Below, piece after piece: positions 14,290 through 24,600 of a DNA stretch of 45,709 nt; within the stretch, counting starts at the first letter, position 1; the number at the start of each line of letters is the position of its first letter. The stretch is from the NCBI GenBank assembly GCA_023645945.1, contig JALAIB010000028.1, positions 1 to 45,709 of the forward strand, read 5' to 3'. The notes beneath the pieces were generated by a model. That model made no database searches. It was given only the letters and a program-made list of their open reading frames with translations, and was not told the DNA's origin. The position numbers and the translations under genes are program-made. Source of the DNA: Diploschistes diacapsis (lineage: Eukaryota).

Positions 14290-15801
14290 TCACTTATGCA
14301 CAAAAGCAAATCCCTTGTAATCGGACCGTCCCGTTCTCAAAGGCGCTTCTGGACTCCGTACATCCTTCATTTCATCCACGGTCGCAATAAAGTCCCACTC
14401 GTCGTCAAATGCTTCAAGGACGACGGCAACCAGTAGTGCGATCATGCTGTACCCGAAACCAGCGCGAGCTGGGCATTGCAGAGGAGTGGCCCCAAAGGCC
14501 AAAAATTCATTCCTCTCCACTCGGCCCGGAATGTGTGCCCACCTCGCTGGCCAGAAACCTTGCAGACCTACGGGATCCTTGCTATTCGTGAAGCTGATGT
14601 TATTACGCTGACAGGCCTCGACGTCTGCCGCAAGGCTTATCTTTGCCGATCCTACCCAAGGTCCGCTTCCTTTGTCGGTGGTTGGTCCAGCGTCGAAGTC
14701 TCGATAAACGCGCCTGGTCGGCGGATAAAGGCGCAGCGCTTCTTTCGCAATCATCTCTGCCGTCTCCGCCGGTTGATCTGTGTCAAGCGAGCATTCCGCA
14801 CGTTTGCATAGCTGGGATTTGGTTGGAGATTCCAAAAATCCCCTCAGCAGCTTGATCCAAACATCCTTCCTCTGCACTCCACATCCGTACCGACTTCTCT
14901 CGCGGATTTCTACCAGACAAAGCAAAGCAACACGCCACGTAGTTTCATATGCTGGTAGAATATAGTTTATGGGATTTTCCATATCAGCGTAGTCCGCGCC
15001 TGGTTGCCCGCCTACCACGAGCCATCGCAGCGTCTGATAGTACGAAAGTGTGTGCACAAGTTTCCCGAAAATGCCGGAACAGAAGGGAACCTTTTTTCTA
15101 TGAGGCGGAAGTGCTTTCAGCATATATTGGCGGAGTCTCCAGCGACTGAGCATCGCTTCCACAAATGGCACATTCTCTACTTTGGACATCATCCATGATT
15201 GATTAATAGCCTCAGCAAGGCTGTGCAGCACCGTGACTGATGTTGTAACTCCTTTCGTCTGGTTAGGATACTGCCAGCGAATCAAGTGCAGTACGGGTCC
15301 TAGGGTAAGGCCTTGCATCAAAGGTATGATCGGGATTGGTTGTTTGTGGCACCCCTGATGTTGACGTTGGAGATCTAATTCCTGAATGATGCTTGAACGG
15401 GCAGCGTCACGAATCTCAAGCCATTGCTGGAAATTTAGTCTGATCATTTTCGTTGCGGAGTCTTTGAAGCCGGTGTGGAGAGTTTCATCTGAACTAGTGA
15501 AGGCATTGTTCACGCCGAAGCAGCGCCGAAGCCGCTGATTAGGACCGGCACGGGCATGTAGCAGTGCTGCGCCAGTCGCACTAGCATAATTCCCGTTCAG
15601 AATCGCGTGACAAGAAGAGGTTGTTGATAGCACTGTGGTCTGCTTGCGTTTCCCGCGGCCAACATAGAGTTTTAGTATGAAGCGAATGAACACCATGACG
15701 CAAAAAGTAGCACCCGCAACCTTAGCAGGCTGGGCCATGTTAAGATGAGAAAATGACCAATTCGAAGAATGTCCAGCATAGCTCAGTAGCCAGGAAATCA
15801 T
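14290..15801 (-). CDS. Divergent cytochrome P450-like protein (intronless)
   Basis: 503-aa ORF with N-terminal TM anchor, AYETT (I-helix), EALRLYPP (ExxR), FWPARW (PERF-like) and FGATPLQCPA heme-Cys loop. Confidence 0.85.
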   Translation of the reverse strand: MISWLLSYAGHSSNWSFSHLNMAQPAKVAGATFCVMVFIRFILKLYVGRGKRKQTTVLSTTSSCHAILNGNYASATGAALLHARAGPNQRLRRCFGVNNAFTSSDETLHTGFKDSATKMIRLNFQQWLEIRDAARSSIIQELDLQRQHQGCHKQPIPIIPLMQGLTLGPVLHLIRWQYPNQTKGVTTSVTVLHSLAEAINQSWMMSKVENVPFVEAMLSRWRLRQYMLKALPPHRKKVPFCSGIFGKLVHTLSYYQTLRWLVVGGQPGADYADMENPINYILPAYETTWRVALLCLVEIRERSRYGCGVQRKDVWIKLLRGFLESPTKSQLCKRAECSLDTDQPAETAEMIAKEALRLYPPTRRVYRDFDAGPTTDKGSGPWVGSAKISLAADVEACQRNNISFTNSKDPVGLQGFWPARWAHIPGRVERNEFLAFGATPLQCPARAGFGYSMIALLVAVVLEAFDDEWDFIATVDEMKDVRSPEAPLRTGRSDYKGFAFVHK

Positions 15802-17213
15802 TTTGGCTCAGTATTGAAAGCGCTCAAAATTCAAGAAGAATGGAGAAGATTTTTATAGGGCACGTAGTATAGGTAGGTATTAGGCAAAGTAATAGCCAGA
15901 AGAGAGCTTAGAATGGCCTTCCTTTGGCTTCTATGTTCATACCGTTTCCTTTCAAGCAAATTGTCACTTGAAGGGCTCATCATTGTCTCATCAAGATTGT
16001 TCTGGAAAATGGTATCTTGGTAGAAGGCGGAGCACTTAGCAAACATAGGCTTTGTAACATGAATGACATATTTTGCAAGAAAGAGACGCAGGGTGACTGA
16101 AGGCTGTGCTTGCCCGTATCTCCTTGGTTAAGAGATCAAAGCCTGGGTAAAGACATGGTGAAGTTTTCAAAAGCATGGGTCGAAACAGCCAGGAGCCCTT
16201 CATCCTCTCTCAAGGTATCAGAAGCCTCCTTGGTACACACCATACAAGAAGCAGATAGCCTTTGTCAATGGACCGAATGCTAGCTTTGCACTCTTTGCTC
16301 TTGGTGTATGTTTGCGGTGTACAAGGTTAGATACGTTGTAATTGGCCTTCTAAGAATCAGCAGAAGACAGACGCGAAAATTGTAGGGCTCGATCATAGCA
16401 AGTTATTCAGATTCAAAGACCCCTCCTAATCGTGATCCTTGGGCATGCCAGGAAACAAGGCACCTTGAGGGCCATTTCTGTGCAGGAATGACTCGAACGT
16501 CAAGTTATCCTCGCGCCTCCCATAAACTCATAAATCGGATAGCGACCACATGGGCAGGTACATGGTTAAGGTAGGCTTAATGTGATATACCAAACTTGTG
16601 CTTAAATAAATGGGCCATCATCCTGGACTTCAACCACTAGCGAGTCTTTCAGCTACATGCTCTCCCCCAAATGCAAAAATATGAAAGGCCTGCTAAGAGA
16701 AGAGAGCGCTATTCAATAGAAACATAATACGAACGCCAGCTGCGACAGCCTGCAGCCGCTGACACTCGAAGGAACAGCGAGTGAGAGAATTCAATGGTAG
16801 GTAGGTGCGGAACACCGCATAGGATTATCTACAAAGCTGTAGAAACACCGCAGAAATAGATTGTTTCCTGTTGGTTGGGCCACATATACGAGTATAGGAC
16901 GTTAATTCGGAATGGAAGCTGAAAAAAGAAAAACAACATTCGAATTGCAAACCACAACCGAAACTAAATTTGAGCATCAAGAAACTCACACTGCAAATCA
17001 CGTCGTAGCTTGTCCTCCATAGTTATTTCATACGAATGCATGCTCTAAGTTAATACACGCCCACGGGAGCTTACTTTGAACTTGCCATACAGGTCTTCTT
17101 CCTCCTTCCCCTCCCTCCGACCATCTTGATTCTCTCAACGCCAACGCACCACACACCCTCGCCCGTCACCCCCCTACCATTCCATTTATCCTCCAACTAG
17201 GCACAACCCCACA

Positions 17214-18301
17214 ATGTCCTACGGCTACCCCGGCCCCCCAAACCCGCAACAGCAATACAACGCCCAAAACCTCCAATTCTACCCCTCGACATACGGCAAC
17301 GCCGTCTCGGGGCACTCAACACCAGCACAGGCCCAGTACGGCGGCGGCGGCGGCGGCTACGGCGCCCCGGGCGGAACAACACAGGCATATCCCAGCTATG
17401 GCGGGGGGGCGCCGCAGGGCTTCATGTCCGCGTCGCCGGGCTTCGGTGGGCCGGGCGTGAGCGGGCGCATGGGAGAGCAGGGCGGGCTGAGGATGGGGCT
17501 GCTGGCGGCGTTTGGGATGGAAGGGTACGACGGGGAGCCGCCGCTGCTAGAGGAGCTGGGGGTGAATTTCGGGCATATCAAAGTGAAGGTGCGTAAAGGA
17601 ATCGGGCTGTGCCTCTGCTGAAGTTTCTGATCCTTGGATAACCTGACGCGAATCTCTGTGCATAGACGCTCACGGTCCTTAACCCCTTCGGCCGCATCGA
17701 CCAGCACATCATGGACGACTCGGACCTGTTCGGTCCCATCATCTTCTGCCTCCTTTTCGGTACCTTCCTGCTCCTCTCCGGCAAAGTGCACTTCGGCTAC
17801 ATCTACGGCCTCGGAGCCGTCGGCTCCATCTCCCTCCACTACATCTTCTCTCTCATGTCCAACCCGCAGCTCGACAGCGCCGTGAACAACATGGGCCCGA
17901 GCTACGACCCTAACCTGAACATGGGCGGCTACAGCGGGCCAATGGGCAGTATGGGTTCGATGGGCGGTGTGGGAGGAACTCACGACCACAATAATGGGTT
18001 GTCGACGTTGACCTTTTTCCGAAGCTGCTCGGTGTTGGGCTACTGTCTGCTGCCGCTGGTTTTGACGAGTTTTATAGGTGTTGCGGTTCCTCTGGATACG
18101 GCGGTAGGTTATATTCTCACGACTTCTGCTGTTGCGTGGTGTACGTACAGCAGTAGTGGGATGTTCTGCGCTGTGGGTAAGATGCGTAGCATGAGGCCGC
18201 TTGTAGCTTACCCACTCATGCTGTTTTATGTTGGTTTTGGAATAATGGGCATTTTTTCCAGTCGAGGGAGTGGACAGTTGGCCGCAAGAGCCAACCTCTG
18301 A
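17214..18301 (+). CDS. YIP1: Yip1 family ER-Golgi membrane protein
   Basis: Exons 17214-17588 and 17666-18301. EPPLLEELGVNFGHI, MDDSDLFGP, SVLGYCLLP. Confidence 0.95.
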
Positions 18302-18530
18302 GCGGTTTTTGTCTACGCCTTGTGCGATCGAGACTGAAGGAATGAATACAACACTATCGGCTTATATTTTTCTGAGTTTCTTGGTGAATAAGATACAAAG
18401 ATTCCCAACCTGAATGGCAGCTCATATAAGCCCAAACGCCATGCAATGCCGCTACAATGCTGAAACGCTGGGTGGGTATCGCAAGTCAGGCCTTCGTAAT
18501 TGTTTCACCTGCTGGACGCTCCTCGACCTC

Positions 18531-19449
18531 CTATAATGACTCTTGATCCCCGAGTAACCGAGCTATTAGAACATATCCAAATATCAGTACCCCTCCCAGA
18601 ATCCATCTATTCCTGCGAAGCCAGCTTTGACCCGCATCTCTTGCTGCTTGGACCTCTCCTAGACGTGCGCCACTGACACCCGGACGTTTTCCAAGAGCCG
18701 CTGCATCCGGACTGCAATTCAGCGGAGGCTTGCCCGTTGCAAGATCGATTTGATTATCTTTCATCCATTTCTGATTTTCTTCGTCTAGCTCCGGCCACTC
18801 TGCTTTGAACTTGACTCCGCCGTCACCCAACTTCACCGCGCCAATGCCCTTTGTTGAAGCATTAATACCTGCTGCCAATTTCCCTTGAGACCCTCCGCCG
18901 GTTGAGTTCCACCAGCGCGTTTGTCTAGCCAAGAATTTTCGCTCCGCCTCCGTGCCATGTATGCTTCCCGTTGTCATCTCATCACTGGTCATAAATGATA
19001 GAAGTCCGATAAGGATTGTCGATACCTCCCAGGCTGGATTGAAAGATTTCGGGTGGAAATCGGAGATACTGAGGCAAAGACGGGTAGAGGGTTGGAAACG
19101 ACCAGATGGTGTGTGCATGCGAATGGCTGGTGGAGCAAAGGGGTATTCGGGGGGGAACATTAAAGTACCCCAATACTGGCCACCCTCATAGGGTGTCTTT
19201 GGTGGTCCAGTAAGGATGTAGTGCCATCTGGTACGAGAATGCGATTAGCATGTGATGTTTGCGCAAGTTACGTCAAGGGAATACGAACGTACTCCAAAAT
19301 GTTGTTTTCTGACGGATGGGCAACAATGAAAGGAGGTGGATTCGCTTGAATTGATTGATACTCGCGAGTAAGCTAGTGCACATAAGCTGTGGCGTTTCCT
19401 AAAGCTTCATAGGGAGGCATACCCGCTTGTTGGACTGCCTGGTGGCCAT
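18531..19449 (-). CDS. UBC6: Tail-anchored ubiquitin-conjugating enzyme E2 (Ubc6)
   Basis: Exons 19449-19423, 19372-19293, 19227-18531. TPSGRFQPSTRLCLSISDFHP and a C-terminal TM segment. Confidence 0.96.
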
Positions 19450-19771
19450 CTGGCTTGAGAGTATCGAAAAGGAAATTCGTAGGGCCACTGCGATAAGGAA
19501 GAGAATGGGCGGAGGCTTTCAGGCAAGAAAGTGAAGAATTGATGACGGAATTCCTAGGTAGGTTGTGTAAGGGATATGTGTAAAAGATGAGAATAAATCT
19601 GAACGAAGCAATTGGGTCACTACTTTCTTTCCCCGTGATTGTTCAGCCTTATTTCGCAGATCTGCTCTCGGACATCGCGATCTTATCTCCGCCCAATTGT
19701 CCTACTCACTGGTCGAGAACTTCTACTATCCTTGGGGCTGTTGGAGGTAAAGGCATTTCTGAACGTTTTCG

Positions 19772-21492
19772 ATGGCGGAAAATCTGTCGAATGTAAGTTG
19801 CGCGAGCCTCCTTCCAATAACTCTTTTTTCTAATGTTATCTGTTGCAATGCTGAGGTTTGGGTGCTTTATAGATCTTTGAGCAACTTCATTCACGTGCCG
19901 ATGCCAAGGTCGAGGAAGAGAAGACAAAAGCTGCCATTGAGCGGGAGCGGCGGCAATATGAACAAGCCCAAGCTAGAATAGCTGAAGTTGTATGGTCTAA
20001 AGCTCTATGAACGCCTTTGATTCGCAGTTGCTCACAGTTTTCCAGGTAGATGCCAATTCCACGTTACCAACCACTATCAATTCAATACACGTCCTCAATG
20101 CTCCTAATACCCGAGAAGGCTTCCTCAAGCGGATATTTGATCCGCTACTGAAAGTGAACAATGATAGACCATTCACATTAGCTGAAGCCTTTCAGCAAAT
20201 CCATCTTGCCGCCGAAAAGCTCCAGAAATTTGGTAGGACCCTCCAGTCTCCATACTAGCCCTTAAGGATCTAATAACCTCAAAGATGTTTTTCAGCCCCC
20301 AATAGCACCCTACATTGACCGACCCTCGCCTACAGACCCTAATAGTACCCCTACCGACATCGACGTTTACTTCCCACTTCGCGAACAATCCCGAATCCTC
20401 CTCAAAACCGGTACAGACGTGGGCAATACAGAGGGCTCCGCCTACGGAAGCCTGCTTTACCGGAACCTCTTCGGCGGCGCGGAGTCACTTTCTCTGAATG
20501 CCGCCTACGGTACCCGAACACGGTCATCCTACCAAGGAAGCTTCGACACCCCACTCCTCAGCAATCCTGATCTTCGACTCGAACTTGGCGGGATCGCAAG
20601 CTCGACGCAGAATGCTTGGGCGAGCCATGAAGAAGTATTAAAGGGCGGCTGGGCGAAATTAAGATGGTTATCAGGCGCAAGCCACAAGCATGAAATAGGA
20701 TACAACGGCTCTTGGCGGCAAATCACGGGTCTCGCTAGCAACGCTTCCCCCACCGTGCGGACGGATGCCGGCGATTCGGTGAAGAGCAGCATCTCGCATA
20801 CCTGGATCGCTGACTACCGTGACAACCCCTTACTCCCTCAAGCCGGCGTATTCGCTAAAACGATCAACGAAATCGCCGGCTTCGGACCCCTGCAAGGGGA
20901 CGTCTCGTTCTGGAAAACACAGTTCGAAACTCAGAGCGTGGTCCCCATTCCAGTTCAGGGGTACGAGAACAGCGGCGTTACCTTCGCGACGGGCTTCCGC
21001 GCTGGACTCCTGTGCCCTCTTACTGGGGCCTCGGGGCAGGGATCTCGTCTTAACGACCGCTTTCTACTCGGTGGCCCCACGGACGTGCGCGGATTCCGGT
21101 TAGCGGGGTTGGGCCCGCGAGACGGCTTGGATTCTGTGGGTGGAGACGTCTACGCCGCGGGTAGTGCGAACCTGCTATTTCCGCTGCCAGGCCTTGGTCC
21201 TAGCCGGCCGCTGAGGGGACAGCTGTTCATCAACGGTGGGAGGCTATTAGCGTTGAAAGGCTCGGAGGCGGCATATGAAGAGAAAGGCAGGGGTAGCTCG
21301 GTCCAGGAGAGAGTAAAGTCTACGATACGGGAGCTAGGCAACGGCTTGCCCAGTACTGCAGCAGGAGTCGGACTTGTATATGCACATCCGATGGCTAGAT
21401 TCGAATTGAATTTCTCGCTGCCTTTGGTTCTGAGGAAAGGCGAAGATGCGAGAAAGGGTCTACAATTTGGCATAGGCATTAACTTCTTGTAA
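19772..21492 (+). CDS. SAM50: Mitochondrial outer-membrane Omp85 beta-barrel Sam50/Tob55
   Basis: Exons 19772-19792, 19873-19989, 20046-20232, 20285-21492, all in frame. RNLFGGAE, DRFLLGGPTDVRGF, C-terminal QFGIGINFL. Confidence 0.95.
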
Positions 21493-21647
21493 CATATTGT
21501 ACTATATAAGGGATCCGTTGAAGCCACAGGGACTCGCACTTGTGCTGATGGATTCATCCTTTCTGAGGTTCCAATCCAATCCATTGTATATCTTCCTGTT
21601 CTCCAATGATACATCAAGGCGTCAAGCACATCATTTTTGAAGACCTA

Positions 21648-24600
21648 TCAAGCCCACATTTTGCGGAACTTGGCGTCGAAATCGGCTTTGAGTTGTTGAA
21701 AAGCGATTAACACACGCTTGAGATCTCCTACGCTACCTGGATGAGGCGTTGCTATCTCGGCCGTTTCCCTTGGGGACGATGCCGTTGTTGCGGTTTCAAA
21801 TCCATTATCTCCGCTCTGCTCCTCTGAGCTGACTTCGTCTTCCCAGGAGTCCGCCACTGCCTCTTTCTTCTTGCGCACAGGCATGGCTTTCTTCATTTTC
21901 TTACCTTCTACCGAAGGCTCAGGGTCCTCCTTGGTCTCTGTTTCGTCATCAAGATCAATCTCATCGATCTCACCACCTCCCTGCAAGTCGAGGAACTCAA
22001 GATCTGAAACGGGGCCCTTGACGTACGAGGTTAGGCTTGTGACAATTGTTGCGAGTACAAGCGAGAAATCATTCAGCAGAAACCAAACATCCGATTTGCG
22101 GATCCCGTTGTCCTCTTCGAGCGCCCTGAGATCTTGATGTTTCCAAAAATCGTACAGATAGGCGTTAAGTGGCTCTTCCTCTCCTTCTTCACGGCTGCCG
22201 CTCAATTTGGGGATAACAGCTTCTTCTAGAAACACACCGGATCGTACACCGTTGCAGAGCTCGCTAACGGTCGCAAATGAGTCGCCGTGGCCCGAAAGCG
22301 CAGTGAAGGCTGAGCGTATACTAGGAGCGGGCAGTGAGGGCAGATAGGTTCCTTCACCACCAATTTTTAGCCTCGTGAATGGGAGAGTATTATCAGGGTT
22401 GTGCATGTGCTGATCCACAAAAGTGGATACGTAGTTTTCGAAGATCCTTTTAGTCTCCGCATCATGTTCTGCTAGTATTGTTGCTGCTTCTTGTGGAAGA
22501 GGAGGGAGAAAAACCACAGAAGGAGAATTTCTGGCTCTGTTCATGGCTTCTTGGGAAATCGCTGTACGAAAGCGCCTCCGACCGAAAATGTTAGCTAATA
22601 CAAGCATGAGAGTCTGAAGCACGTGAGGAGCGTTCCAGCCAATATTCTGCGTGAGCTTATGGAAGTAGCCTCCTATGAGCAAAGCGTGAAAGGAAAAAGC
22701 AGCGTTTTCAGTGTAATACAAGTGGCATACGATGCCAGCAAAGTTCCGGGGTGCGCCTGAAGAGCTTAGTAAAGAGTTCCTGCGAAGGTACTCGATGGAG
22801 AAGCGGAGATGATGTAGTACTTGATCACGGTATGCTTCACCCCCGAGATAAATTCTAGGTTGAGAAAGTAAAGAGTTGACGGCTTTGACAACGACAGGGG
22901 ACTCTTGAGAATTGTGCAACAGTGAGCACAGTCTCAACACCATTGTTGTTGTGAGAGGAAAATGTCCCGACAGGTCAGGCAGTCTCGAGCTGATTAGCCT
23001 GCAAATTTTATTGTCTTCAATGTGGTGGAATATTACATTTCCGAGAAGGTCGAAGCCACGACGACCAGCTCGCCCTGAAGCCTGGCGATACTCAAGAGCT
23101 GTTAGGAACACGCTATCTCCACAGAATACTGTTGTAACACAAGGCATGTTAATACCGAGGGCTAGTGTACCTGTGGCGAAAACCACACAAAGGTATCCAC
23201 GCCGAAATAACATCTCCACGGTTTGTCTATAAACACGGTTGCAACCAGCATGGTGGATGGCTATGCCTCTTCTGAGAGCCTTGATCAACAAAGGGTCCAC
23301 GTTTTTGAATTTGAGCTTGTCCGCAAACACATTAAGTTCGGAAAGCGTTGCTTTTTTTGAGTTCGCAAACGAGAATTCTTCGAGGGGAGCAGATGGATCG
23401 AAAGACGCCCATTTGCTGACAGGGGCAAAGGCTGCCTCTTCCCTTGCACGGTCCTCTTTTGAGACGTTATCATCATCTTCATCACCTCCTCTTTGCGTCT
23501 TCCTACCTTTTTTTCTTGCCTTGGAGTCCTTCCCACGCGCTGCTGCTGTATTCTGATAGGATCTCCATTCACGCAGTGTGGAAGCCCACGAGGTGCTTTT
23601 TGCCTTGTATTTAGATTCAGTATCCTCTAATATTGACAGCATCCGCTTGCAAAGGTCATCGCATTTCGATCGGTCGTAATTGAAAAGAATAGCTGGTAGA
23701 GCATTCTGCATTCGCAAGGAGCATAGTAATGGCATCGTTGTTGCAAATATATCACTATCATCCACCTGCTGAGCATCCGGATGACTCTCTATAGAATTCA
23801 TAGTGTTATCACATACAATTCCAGCCTGTCGAGAAGGATGCATGCCTTCACGCAGCGTTGTTAATACCTTCAGAAAGGGCGAATCAGTTTTTTCCATCCA
23901 TTCGCCAAGTAATGATTTCAAGGATCTTTCCCATGCAAGGGTATCCTGTTTATTGGCAACAGCCGGAAGACATCCCTGAGGGTCAAGCGTTTCTGGAACG
24001 GGGAAAGCTTCGCTCTGATGTCTGCATAGAGCTTCGTAAAGTGTGTAACAATCACGAGGCTCCAATGAAAGATCTACAGGTACCGTGTCCTTTCCAAGGA
24101 GCGTAGCAACAGGATGTATAAAGCCAAAACAGGGGTCTCCATCTACACTCAACCTCCAACTAGAGATGGGGCGAGGTATGGAAAGAAAAGTAAATTGCTT
24201 AGGAGCAACGTATTTGAATTTCCTTAGTTCTGAATAACGGTGTGGATGCTGCACCATCGTCAATTGGACACCAATTGACTTCTGCGTCGTTGTCAGCCAG
24301 TCGCAGAACTCCTCGGGGTTCCCAACTGTAGCGGATAGCGCTATTATTGGACAAGGACTAAGAAGCAGTAGTTGTTCCCATACAAGTCCATCTTCTGCTC
24401 GACCAATTGTGTGAATCTCATCAAATATGATCCTTCGTAACCTAGGACACCACGTCGGAGCATTCTCGGGCGACAGGAGCATGATTTGGAGAATATGTGG
24501 TACCGTGACCAAGACTTGACAACGTGCAGGAGCGTTGATACGATAGTCCCGTGTATGAAGAGCCCACACAGTCTGCGAGACGTAAGGGTAGGTTTTAGAG

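Noticed and set aside
15831..16500. Short ORFs upstream of the P450
   Set aside because: No motifs or consistent exon structure.
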